NCBI GenBank assembly: GCA_038213805.1
Contig: JBBQSO010000017.1
Coordinates: forward strand, 9,751-73,750
Reading direction: 5' to 3'
Length of the DNA: 64,000 nucleotides
Source: Planctomycetota bacterium
GTDB taxonomy: Bacteria > Planctomycetota > UBA11346
Under the pieces are notes generated by a model, which searched no databases, was not told the origin of the DNA, and saw only the letters and a list, made by a program, of their open reading frames with translations. This document shows positions 38,542-47,690 of this stretch, piece by piece (position 1 is the first letter of the stretch; every line of letters begins with the position of its first letter). The position numbers and the translations under genes were made by a program.

Positions 38542-40701
38542 CTATCTGCGGGACTTCGCCGTCGGCGTGCGCTGCCGGAGGCCCCCGGCCAGCGACAGCA
38601 GCACCACGAGTGCCGTCATGGCGCCCATCCCGCAGCCCGCGCCGCCACCACCGCCGCCGGACGACACCGGCGTTGACGGCCCAACTGCCGTCGGAGGCGT
38701 CGCTGCGCCGGCGACGGTGAGCACGACCGCCGGCGATGGGCCGCTGGTGTTGCCGGACGCATCGCTGGCGGTGACCGTCAGGCCGTGGTCGCCTGGAGCG
38801 AGCGTCGGCAGCACCACGCTCCAGTGCCCGCTGCCATCCGCGGTGGCGGTGGCGACCAGTACGCCGTCGTCGAAGACGTGGATGGTGGCGCCTGTTTCGG
38901 TGGTGCCCGACAGCGTCGGCGTGGCGGTGGTGCCATTGCTGACCGTCGGCGCCGCTGGCGTGGCGGGAGGCGTGACGTCGCCACCGCCACCGCCACCGCC
39001 ACTGCGCGGTCCGTAGGTCGGAATCGCTTGGCCGAATTCATAGGCACCCAGATCCGGCGCGGCCCCGCTGAAGCCGTCCGTGATGCCCGCGATGGCGATG
39101 CCCGCATCGATGGCCGACGCACCCGCGGCCAGGCGCAGATCCGGCGCGGTGAAGCTGGTCAGCGCGGCCTCGGGAATCGTGACGGTCGCGGCGAACCCGC
39201 CCAGTCCGACTTGGGTCGCGTGCGCCTCGGTGGTCAGGCTGCGCAGCTCCGCGAGGGTGGCGAAGTGCACCGCCGGCCCGAATTTTCCGCTCATCAGGCC
39301 GTTGGTCGAACCGAACCCATCATAGTCGAGGCTGGCTGTGGCGGTGTCGAGATCGACGAGATCCATCACCCGGCCATCGCCGCTGTCGTAACCATTCCAC
39401 ACATGCCCCGGTCCACCGATGAGCAGATTATTGCGCGTGAAGGTGTGCAGGATGGGGTTGCCCGAGAACACGCCGAAGGCGTCGCCCGACTTGACCACGG
39501 TGTTGTTCAGCAGCACGTCGCCGGTGGTGCCGTTGTGCAGTTTGAAGGACTCGAAGACGATGTTGTAGAGGACGTTGCGGACCACGTAGAGCGGGCCGCC
39601 GTAGCTCGGCTGCGAAGACAGGCCCATGAAACAATTGGTCAGGCGGTTGCGCAGTACGCGCACATTGTGCAGGGCGGAATCGGCCTGGATGCCGTCGTCC
39701 GCGCATTCGCTGATGTCGTTCTCGACGATGTCGATGCTGAACTGCTCGACCGCGAGATCGCCTTCGAGCAGCGCTACGCCGTCGCGGAAATGGTGCACGC
39801 GGTTGTTGCGAATGACCAGGCCTGGGCCGGTGACGTCGATGCCTTGGCCCTGGTTGGCGCCGCCGGCGCCCAGCGACGACTCCGCCCACACCGTAGTGCC
39901 GATCACGGTGTTGTCGGCGATGTAGGTGCCCGCGCTGCGCGTGTAGCTGACGATGCCATCGCCGCCGCCGCGGTCGGCGTGCGCGTGCACGGCGCAGCGC
40001 TGCACAGCGACGTCCACGCATTGGTTGATGCGCAGGCGCCCCTCGATGGTCAGGCCATCGACCTGCACGTAGGAGCGGCCGAACAGGTCGATGTTCCCGT
40101 CGACCACCGCGCCGTTTCCGCCGCGCAGCACGATCGGCCGCGCCGCTTCGCCATCCACATTCCAGGTGAATGGTGCGTAGGTGCCATCGGCCAGCTGCAG
40201 GATGTCGCCGGGCTGCGCGCCCGCGGCCACCGCGTTGAAGGTCGTCGGCGTCACCGCCTTCACCGGCGCGCCCGTCATCGGCGCAGGGACGGCGCGCGTG
40301 CTCACGACCAGGGTGCGGACGGTACCGCCGCCGTCGGGATCGCTCAAGGTCAGCTCGATCTCGTAGGTCGTCGCCGGCTGCAGATCGAACAGGCTGCCGG
40401 CGTGGCGGGTGGTCCAGCTTACCCCGTCGCTGGTCGACCCTGCCGCGACGCGGAACAGCGGCATGCCGGTGACGAAGCTGCCGCCGACCGGGCGGTAGCG
40501 CAGGGTGACCCGGCCGTTGCCGTTGTCGTCGCCGCTGAACGGCCAGATCACTGCGATGCCGCAGGTGGTCGGATTGGGCGCGCTGATGGTGCCAGACACG
40601 GTGGGGTCGCTGGCTTCCAGGCGCCCCAGACCGGCCAGTGCGGCGGTGAGGCCGAGACCCAGGTGGACAAGGGGACGTGGGACGAGGGGCGTCGGCGGCA
40701 T
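38542..40701 (-). CDS. Uncharacterised beta-helix protein (paralogue of 42904..44700) with an Ig-like module and a C-terminal Gly-run/TM/basic sorting-type tail
   Basis: Has a signal peptide, an FN3-like N-terminal part (RVTLRYRPVGG...YEIELTLSDPDGG), and beta-helix blocks (ISECADDGIQAD, QPSYGGPLYVVRNVLYNI). An Ig-like segment (TIHVFDDGVLVATATADGSGHWSV) follows. The tail is SSGGGGGGAGCGMGAMTALVVLLSLAGGLRQRTPTAKSRR. Confidence 0.7.
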   Translation of the reverse strand: MPPTPLVPRPLVHLGLGLTAALAGLGRLEASDPTVSGTISAPNPTTCGIAVIWPFSGDDNGNGRVTLRYRPVGGSFVTGMPLFRVAAGSTSDGVSWTTRHAGSLFDLQPATTYEIELTLSDPDGGGTVRTLVVSTRAVPAPMTGAPVKAVTPTTFNAVAAGAQPGDILQLADGTYAPFTWNVDGEAARPIVLRGGNGAVVDGNIDLFGRSYVQVDGLTIEGRLRINQCVDVAVQRCAVHAHADRGGGDGIVSYTRSAGTYIADNTVIGTTVWAESSLGAGGANQGQGIDVTGPGLVIRNNRVHHFRDGVALLEGDLAVEQFSIDIVENDISECADDGIQADSALHNVRVLRNRLTNCFMGLSSQPSYGGPLYVVRNVLYNIVFESFKLHNGTTGDVLLNNTVVKSGDAFGVFSGNPILHTFTRNNLLIGGPGHVWNGYDSGDGRVMDLVDLDTATASLDYDGFGSTNGLMSGKFGPAVHFATLAELRSLTTEAHATQVGLGGFAATVTIPEAALTSFTAPDLRLAAGASAIDAGIAIAGITDGFSGAAPDLGAYEFGQAIPTYGPRSGGGGGGGDVTPPATPAAPTVSNGTTATPTLSGTTETGATIHVFDDGVLVATATADGSGHWSVVLPTLAPGDHGLTVTASDASGNTSGPSPAVVLTVAGAATPPTAVGPSTPVSSGGGGGGAGCGMGAMTALVVLLSLAGGLRQRTPTAKSRR

Positions 40702-40841
40702 GGCGAAGATCTCCACTGCAGCTCGGTCGGCCGCGGCGGCGCGCGGTAAGGCGGGGTATCCTGCAGGCGACGTCCGCATGTGACACGCCGCCCCCGCCCA
40801 TCCACGGCCGACCCCTGACCGCGGCGGCACCTGGGTGACTG

Positions 40842-41408
40842 ATGATGGAGAGGCACGACTCTTTCATGGACAGGCATATGGACAGCGACCTCGCCCTCAT
40901 CTCCGCGCGTTTCCTGGCCGGCCGCGAGCGGCTGTTCGCCTACGCCCTGGCGCTGGTACGCACGCGCGCCGTGGCCGAGGACATCTTCCAGGACTCCTAC
41001 CTGGCGCTGGTGAAGGCGGTCGAACGTGGCGACGTCATCGCCGATCTGCCGGCGTGGTGCCGCGGCGTGGTGCGCAACCTGGCGCTGCGCCACTGGCAGG
41101 AGCGCGAGCGCGTGGCGCGGCTGCCCGCGGCCGCGCTGCTCGACGGCATCGAGCGCGCGTTCGCGGAGGCGGACGAGGAGGGTGAGGACGATGAGGCGCT
41201 GCTCGCCGCGCTCGCCACCTGCCGCGCTGGCCTGGGCGCCCCGGCCAGCGCGCTGCTCGACCTCAAGTACGTGCACGACCTGCCGATGCGCGCCATCGCC
41301 GCGCGCTCGGGGCGCAGCGAGCGCGCGGTGATCACCGCCCTGGCGTTGATCCGCCGGCGCCTGATGGAGTGCATCGCTCTGCGCTTGGCGGAGTCCGCGC
41401 ATGGGTGA
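40842..41408 (+). CDS. ECF-type sigma-70 family RNA polymerase sigma factor
   Basis: Region 2 reads FAYALALVRTRAVAEDIFQDSYLALV...WCRGVVRNLALRHW. Region 4 reads LDLKYVHDLPMRAIAARSGRSERAVITALALIRRRL. Confidence 0.85.
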   Translation: MMERHDSFMDRHMDSDLALISARFLAGRERLFAYALALVRTRAVAEDIFQDSYLALVKAVERGDVIADLPAWCRGVVRNLALRHWQERERVARLPAAALLDGIERAFAEADEEGEDDEALLAALATCRAGLGAPASALLDLKYVHDLPMRAIAARSGRSERAVITALALIRRRLMECIALRLAESAHG

Positions 41409-42786
41409 CCGCGACGAGCTCATTCAGCGCTGGGAACTGGGCCAGGCCGACGCTGCGGACGAGGCGGCGCTGGCTGAGCTGCTGCGCGATCCTGCAGCAC
41501 GGCGTGCTTTCGTCCGCAACGCGCGGATCGCCGCGGCGCTCGGCGCGCCGGCGGCCGTGGCCGAGGTGCCGGCGCCCACCATCATGCCGCGCCGCGCTAA
41601 GGCGCTGCGCCTGCGCCGCGAGCGCCCGTCCGCCGGACCGCGCTGGGCGATCGCCGCCAGTGTGCTGCTGAGCGTCGCGCTGGGCGCCTTCCTGATGCGG
41701 TCGATGCCGGATCACGAGCAGTCGGGAGCCGCTCACCGGCCGGCGGTCGCCGTCCAGCCTCCGGCGCCGGTGCCCACGCCCGTCACGCTGGCGTTCGCGC
41801 GCCTCGCGAGCGCGGGCGACGCGCGCATCCGCGCCGCCGATGGCCGCGAACGCACCGGGCGCGACGGCGAGGCGCTCGCACCCGGCGAGACCGTGGTGGC
41901 CGGCGCGCAGGCCGCGGTGCTGGTCCTGCGCGGCGACGCCGCGCGGCTGGAGCTGGCCGCCGGGTCCAGCCTCGGACTGCCGGCCGGCTCCGCCGACCCC
42001 GCCACCAGGGCGGTGCGGCTCGAACTCGCCAACGGCACGGTCCACGCCGAGGTCACACCGCGGCCCGCCGGCGCGCCGTTCCTGATCGCCGCGCCGCTCG
42101 CCAGCGCCGAGGTGGTGGGCACCGGCTTCACCTTCGCCACCGCCGTCACTGGTGCGCGCCTCGTCGTCGATCATGGCGCAGTACGCTTGGCCACGCCCGG
42201 GGACCCTGGCGTTGTGATCGCCGCCGGGCGCACCGGCATCGTGAGCGAGGCTCTTGCCAGTCTGGTGCCCGCGACGGCGGACGCCGACCGGCCGCTGCCC
42301 GCGGGAAGCCGCGTGCTGTGGCGCTGGGGCCCCGCGGATGCGACCGGTTGGCGCGGCACCATCGCCGACGCGGCGGACGGCGGACCGGCCTGGCGCTCGG
42401 TGGCCGCGCTGCCCGGCGACGCCTGGGCCTGCGCCGAACTGCGCACGCCCCAGGACCGCGGCGGTTGGGCGGTCGAGGCCGGCACCTGGCTGCGCTTCCG
42501 CTACCACGTCGAGCGCTTTGCGCCGGAGCTTGAGCTGGTCGTGCATCTCAAGCCGGGTGACGAGTCGAACTATTCCCAGCGCCTGGTGCCCGATCCCGGC
42601 GACGGCTGGCACCAGGCCCTGCTGCGCGTGGATGGCGCCTTTCTGCCGGTCGACCGCGCCCAGGTGCCGCTCGCCATCGGCGAGCGCATCCACGGCGCGG
42701 TGTGGGCCGCCATGCACGCCGTGGGCGCGGCGGTGCCGCCGGCGCGCTTCTGGATCCGCGACGCGGTGGTGTTCGTGGTCCCGTAG
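41401..42786 (+). CDS. FecR-type anti-sigma factor with one TM helix and an extra, unassigned C-terminal extracytoplasmic domain
   Basis: Overlaps the sigma gene by 8 nt. Has an N-terminal anti-sigma segment, a TM helix (RWAIAASVLLSVALGAFLM), and a FecR-like VRLELANGTVHAEV...AEVVGTGFTF. About 160 further residues (RVLWRWGPADATGW...FWIRDAVVFVVP) are unassigned. Confidence 0.75.
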   Translation: MGDRDELIQRWELGQADAADEAALAELLRDPAARRAFVRNARIAAALGAPAAVAEVPAPTIMPRRAKALRLRRERPSAGPRWAIAASVLLSVALGAFLMRSMPDHEQSGAAHRPAVAVQPPAPVPTPVTLAFARLASAGDARIRAADGRERTGRDGEALAPGETVVAGAQAAVLVLRGDAARLELAAGSSLGLPAGSADPATRAVRLELANGTVHAEVTPRPAGAPFLIAAPLASAEVVGTGFTFATAVTGARLVVDHGAVRLATPGDPGVVIAAGRTGIVSEALASLVPATADADRPLPAGSRVLWRWGPADATGWRGTIADAADGGPAWRSVAALPGDAWACAELRTPQDRGGWAVEAGTWLRFRYHVERFAPELELVVHLKPGDESNYSQRLVPDPGDGWHQALLRVDGAFLPVDRAQVPLAIGERIHGAVWAAMHAVGAAVPPARFWIRDAVVFVVP

Positions 42787-42903
42787 CGCGCGCGAACCTG
42801 GCCGCGGCCGTATGCACCGACCGGATTCACGCTCCGCACCTGTCACTCCACGTTCCTCCGTCCACGTTCCTCCGTCCACAATCCGCCCCGAGGATGCCTG
42901 CCC

Positions 42904-44700
42904 ATGATCCGCGCCATCGTCGCATCCATCCTGCACGCGTGCACCACCCTCGCCTTCGTCCCCGCGCTTACCGCCGCGGATGCCGCCACGCCGCACGGCG
43001 AGCCGGTGCTCGAGGTCGCGACCCTGCGCAGCGTCGGCTTCCACTGGCTGATCGACGGCGACGCCAACGCCAATGCGCGCATCGACCTGCAGCTGCGCGT
43101 GGTTGGCGAGCACGCCTGGCGCCCGGGCGCGCCGCTGTTCCGCAACGAGCGTCGTCCCAAGCCTTACAAGGACCAGGGCGGCCAGCCGCGCACCAGCCTG
43201 CTGGTCATCCCGCCCGGCGGCGAACTGTTCGCCGGCAGCGCGGTGCAGCTCCAGCCTGGCACCGCGTACGAGTTCAAGCTCACCCTCAGCGATCCTGACG
43301 GCGGCCGGGCCGAGCACCTGCTGACCGGTCGCACCGCGGTCGAGCCGCAGGTCGATCCCGCGGCGCCACTGCGCCACGTGGTGCCTGGCGACGGCGGCGG
43401 CAGCGGCACCAGCGCGGACCCCTTCAAGGGCGTGCAGGCGGCGCAGGCGGCCGCGCAGCCCGGCGATCATTTCCTGCTGCACGCCGGCACCTACGCGCAC
43501 GGTACGTGGGAGATCACGCGCAGCGGCGAACCCGGCAAGCCGATCATCTGGGGCGCCGCCGGTGACGGCGAGGCGGTGATCGACGGCGGGCGCGCGTCGG
43601 ACCACCTCGATGGCGCGGCGATCAAGGCCGACGGTGCCCACGACGTGTGGTTCGAACACCTCGCCATCCGCAACGCCTTCAACGGCATCCGCGCGCACGG
43701 CGCCGACCGCCTGGTCATCCGGCGCTGCCACTTCACCGCCTTCATCTGCGGCGTGGTCGGGGTCAGCCCCGACCCGCAGCGCCCGCAGAGCGGCTGGTTC
43801 GTCACCGACAATCTCATGGAGGGGGTGCAGACGTGGCCGAAGACCGGCGCCGAGTACGCGGTCGGCCTGGAATCGCGCGCGGTGTGGCTGACCGGCAGCG
43901 GCCACGTCATCGCCTGGAACCGTATCCACCACGTCAAGGACGGCATCGATACCGGCGATGGCGCCCGCTGCGACAACATCGACATCCACGGCAACGACAT
44001 CAGCGAGTGCTTCGATGACGGCAGCGAGCTGGACGGCAGCGAGCGCAACGTGCGCTGCTTCGAGAACCGCTACACCGACGTGCTGGTCGGGGTGTCCTTC
44101 CAGCCGGTCTACGGCGGCCCGGTCTACGCCTTCCGCAACGCCATCTACAACATCCGCGGCGAGCCGTTCAAGCTGCACAACTCCCCGACCGGTGCGGTCA
44201 TCTTCCACAACACCGCGGTGCGCTTCGGCGCGCCGTCGTGGGTCAGCACCGAGGACAGTCCGGTCGACTGCGTGCTGCGCAATAACCTCTTCGTCGGCAC
44301 CGAGGGCCGCGCCGCCAACTACGAACCACCGATGGTCCGCTGCGATTTCGACTACGACGGCTTCGCTGGTTTTTCCGGTGATGTTTTTCTGAAGTGGTGC
44401 GGCGAGAAGTACGCCACCATCGCCGAGGTCCGCGCCAAGGCCACGATCTACCGCCACGCCATCGCGCTGCCGACCGCCGGCCTGTTCGCCAGTGGCTTGG
44501 CCGCGCCGACCGCCGACGGGCTGATCTTCGACGCGGCCAAGCTCGACCTGCGCCTGCACGCTGGCAGCGCGGCGATCGACGCCGGCGCGCCGCTGCCCGG
44601 GTTCAACGACGGCTGCGCGGGGAAGGGGCCGGATCTGGGGGCGTTTGAGCTGGGGGCGACGGTGCCGGAGTATGGGATCCGACCGGAATCGGCGCGTTGA
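42904..44700 (+). CDS. Uncharacterised beta-helix protein, paralogue of 38542..40701
   Basis: Has a signal peptide. Contains RIDLQLRVVGE...YEFKLTLSDPDGG, LLHAGTY, ISECFDDGSELDGSERNVRCFENR and QPVYGGPVYAFRNAIYNIRGEPFKLHN, all matching blocks in the paralogue. Confidence 0.7.
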   Translation: MIRAIVASILHACTTLAFVPALTAADAATPHGEPVLEVATLRSVGFHWLIDGDANANARIDLQLRVVGEHAWRPGAPLFRNERRPKPYKDQGGQPRTSLLVIPPGGELFAGSAVQLQPGTAYEFKLTLSDPDGGRAEHLLTGRTAVEPQVDPAAPLRHVVPGDGGGSGTSADPFKGVQAAQAAAQPGDHFLLHAGTYAHGTWEITRSGEPGKPIIWGAAGDGEAVIDGGRASDHLDGAAIKADGAHDVWFEHLAIRNAFNGIRAHGADRLVIRRCHFTAFICGVVGVSPDPQRPQSGWFVTDNLMEGVQTWPKTGAEYAVGLESRAVWLTGSGHVIAWNRIHHVKDGIDTGDGARCDNIDIHGNDISECFDDGSELDGSERNVRCFENRYTDVLVGVSFQPVYGGPVYAFRNAIYNIRGEPFKLHNSPTGAVIFHNTAVRFGAPSWVSTEDSPVDCVLRNNLFVGTEGRAANYEPPMVRCDFDYDGFAGFSGDVFLKWCGEKYATIAEVRAKATIYRHAIALPTAGLFASGLAAPTADGLIFDAAKLDLRLHAGSAAIDAGAPLPGFNDGCAGKGPDLGAFELGATVPEYGIRPESAR

Positions 44701-45048
44701 CCATGCGCTGACGGCATGCGCATGGTCGAGCTGCCGATCGGCGCCCCCAGCGGCTGGAGCGATGCACCGCGTACGTCCGGTGCACGGGCGTCCGCTTTGG
44801 GGGTCGAGCGCCAGCCCGACCGCATCGGGACCGATCTGTTACAGCCGGGATCGTCCTTTGGCGCTCATCGCCAGGCGCAGGGCGGGAGTTGCCGTTACAC
44901 CTGGGCCTTCTGGCGCCACTATCGCGCATGCGCGCTGCGCACCAGCTGGGTACGGAGCGACCGGTTCATCCCTCCGCGCCGCATCGACCCTGCGCGGATC
45001 CTGCCGACCATCCCGATCTTCCGAACCCCCGCAGCTTCGAGACCGCCT

Positions 45049-46116
45049 ATGAACCGCCTCGCTCTTCTCCTCTTCGCCACCCTGTTCGTCAGTGGCTGCC
45101 AGCGCGACGACACCGGCGCTGCGCCCAGCGCCACCCCGGCCCTCGCCATCCTGTCAGCGTTCACGGCGTCCGACGTGCCCGCGACCGGCCCCGCCGAGCA
45201 GCCGGTCGAGCCGCTCAAGGCCACCATCGATCCGAACCTTGCCGCGACCCTGCCCGGCGCGGGTCTGGCCGAGCACCCGATGCTCTACATCGGCGAAGGG
45301 CACAACACCATGCTGCTGGTCGCGGGCGGCAAGGTGATGTGGACCTACTCCACCGGCAAGGGGTGGGAATACGACGACATCTGGCTGCTCAGCAACGGCA
45401 ACGTGCTGTTCTCGCGCATGGGCTACGCGGCGGAGATCACCCCGCAGAAGCAGGAGATCTGGCACCGCGACGCGGCGCCCGGCACCGAGATCCACTCGCT
45501 GCAGCCGCTCGGCCTCGACCGCATCCTGATGCTCGTGAACGGCCCCGCGCCGACGGTCATGATCATCGACGCGAAATCGGGCGCGGTGCGTGAGGAGCAC
45601 ATCCTGGTCCCGCCCGGCGGTGCGCCCCCCGGCGGAGTCCACGGCCAGTTCCGCCGCATCCGCGCCACCGCGGCGGGCACCTATCTGGTCTCGTGGTTGG
45701 GACTCGGGAAGGTCGTCGAATATGACCGGGATTTCCACGAGATCTGGTCCTACGCCACGCCGCGCCCGTGGGCGGCGATCCGCCTGCACAACGGCAACAC
45801 CTTGATCAGCGACGAGAGCCTGCGCCTGGTGCGCGAGGTGACGCCCGCCGGCGCTACCGCCTGGGAATTCAAACTCGCCGACCTGCCGCCCGGCATCCCC
45901 TTCCCCGACTCGCAGACCTGCGTGCGCCTGGCCAACGGCAACACCGTGCTGTGTTCGCGCGGCGCGAACGGCAAGGGCTGCCAGCTGGTCGAGATCACGC
46001 CCGCCAAACAGGTGACCTGGGCGCTCTACGACTGGAAGAATTTCGGCCCTGCGACCGCGGTACAGATGCTCGATGAGCCGGGCATGCCCGAGCGGCCAGG
46101 CGACCTGCAGCGCTGA
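45049..46116 (+). CDS. Lipoprotein with beta-propeller-like repeats (function unknown)
   Basis: Starts at MNRLALLLFATLFVSGCQRDD (lipobox). Has repeated W/N-G-N-hydrophobic strands (LLSNGNVLFSR, LHNGNTLISD, LANGNTVLCS). Confidence 0.55.
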   Translation: MNRLALLLFATLFVSGCQRDDTGAAPSATPALAILSAFTASDVPATGPAEQPVEPLKATIDPNLAATLPGAGLAEHPMLYIGEGHNTMLLVAGGKVMWTYSTGKGWEYDDIWLLSNGNVLFSRMGYAAEITPQKQEIWHRDAAPGTEIHSLQPLGLDRILMLVNGPAPTVMIIDAKSGAVREEHILVPPGGAPPGGVHGQFRRIRATAAGTYLVSWLGLGKVVEYDRDFHEIWSYATPRPWAAIRLHNGNTLISDESLRLVREVTPAGATAWEFKLADLPPGIPFPDSQTCVRLANGNTVLCSRGANGKGCQLVEITPAKQVTWALYDWKNFGPATAVQMLDEPGMPERPGDLQR

Positions 46117-46117
46117 C

Positions 46118-47164
46118 TCAGGCCGTCACCCGCGCTTCGGCGTACGTCACCATGCGGTCCAGCTGCGGGTCCCACAGGTACAGCGCGAGGCAGGCGCGGA
46201 TGTCGCGCAGGCGCCACGAGGTGCGTCCGGGGCTCTGCAGCTCGGGCATGCCCTCCATCGCCTCGCGCAGGCGGTAGAAGGGGATGCGGTGGTTGAGGTG
46301 GTGGACGTGGTGGAAGCCGATCGAACCGGTGAACCAGTGCATCATCGGACTCATCTCGAACATGCTCGATGAGGTCAGCGCGGCGCCAGCGTACGACCAG
46401 TCGTGGCGCCGCGCGAGCTTGAGGCCCGGGAAATTGTGCTGCGCGTAGAACAGGTACGAGCCGATCGCCATCGACAGCAGGCTGGGCACGACCTGCACGC
46501 ACAGCGCGGTCACCCAGCCCCACTGCCAGGCCAGGGCGGTGAACACCAGGGCGTGCAGCAGCGCCGTGATCAGCGCGCCCCAGTGGCGCCGTGGCTGGCG
46601 GATGAAGGCGGCGCCGACCATTCCGCCCAGGATCAGCGTCAGATAGCCGGCGAGCATGGTGAGCCCGTGGCGGGCGAAGCGGTAGCGGAGCAACGCCCCG
46701 GGCGTCAGGCGCGCGGCCATCGCCACCGACAGGATGGGAAAGGTGCCGACCATCGAGCCGAGCTGGCGGGCATTGTTCTGGTGGTGGTGGTCGTGGGTCT
46801 CCTTCCACACCGAGCGGATGGTCAGCAGGTAGATGCCGACCAACGACATCAGCGCCTGTGCCAGCACATCGCGGGCGAACAGCGCCCCGTGGAGGGTGTC
46901 GTGGTAGAAGATGAACAGCCGCACCTGGACCAGACCAACCAGCAATCCGGCCGCGATCTGCAACGGCCAGGACTGGAAATGGAAGACCAGCCACAGGCCG
47001 GTACCCAGCACGATCAGGGTCTCGAGCAGCAGTCGCCAGCTCGTCCAGCGGTTCTCGGCCTGGAAGCCCTGCGACGCGCGCACCAGCTCGGCGCCGCTGC
47101 GCGGCGGGATCGCCTCGGCAGCTGCCGCGACTGGCGCTTCATCTGCCAACTCAACACTCACCAT
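46118..47164 (-). CDS. Membrane fatty acid desaturase family protein
   Basis: Has three His boxes: HDTLH, HDHHH and HHVHH (HNFPG...HHVHHLNHRIPFYRL). The start is ambiguous between 47164 (MVSVEL) and 47197 (MPAHTR). Confidence 0.85.
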   Translation of the reverse strand: MVSVELADEAPVAAAAEAIPPRSGAELVRASQGFQAENRWTSWRLLLETLIVLGTGLWLVFHFQSWPLQIAAGLLVGLVQVRLFIFYHDTLHGALFARDVLAQALMSLVGIYLLTIRSVWKETHDHHHQNNARQLGSMVGTFPILSVAMAARLTPGALLRYRFARHGLTMLAGYLTLILGGMVGAAFIRQPRRHWGALITALLHALVFTALAWQWGWVTALCVQVVPSLLSMAIGSYLFYAQHNFPGLKLARRHDWSYAGAALTSSSMFEMSPMMHWFTGSIGFHHVHHLNHRIPFYRLREAMEGMPELQSPGRTSWRLRDIRACLALYLWDPQLDRMVTYAEARVTA

Positions 47165-47690
47165 GGTCGCTGCGCATCCTCGGGTGTGTGCGGGCATGAG
47201 CCGTCGGGATCGCCACTCTGAAACATGGTGGGCCAAGGGTATGATTAACCCGCGGTCCGGAAGGTGGCGCGCGGGGCACCGGCACCGTGCCCCCAAGCGC
47301 TGCCGATGTTCGCGGTGGTGATGAAGGGCGCATGAAGTGTGGCGCGCACAAGGATTAGGCGGATGCGCCGTGGTCGGCCCGCCGCCGTAGCCAGCGGCGG
47401 GCCAGGATCTCGGCCTCGACCCCGCAGGCCAGCCGACGCAGGGCGTCGTCCGTCGACCGGTGCGCTGAGCAGCGCCACCCACCGTCGTCATGCATTCCGC
47501 AGGGTCATCCGAGGAGGAAGAATGGTGATTTTCCCTCAAAAAAGCGTTGCCCCTGAAGTTCACGCGGGCGAAGATGATCCCCGCTCCGGGTCGCGCCCGG
47601 GCCAACGTCGCCGCCCTCGGCTCCGTCTCCCCATGCCCGCGTCTCCGCCGTCCTCGCCCCAGCGACGGCTCCGCCGCAAAGGACCGCCGT

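Noticed and set aside
47355-47495. 46-aa minus-strand ORF (MHDDGGWRCSAHRSTDDALRRLACGVEAEILARRWLRRRADHGASA) in the desaturase/esterase spacer, and an AGGAGG-ATG (47512-47524) opening a plus-strand ORF
   Set aside because: Neither has a recognisable motif. The plus-strand ORF is Arg/Pro-rich, overlaps the esterase start in another frame, and its SD spacing is only 4 nt.
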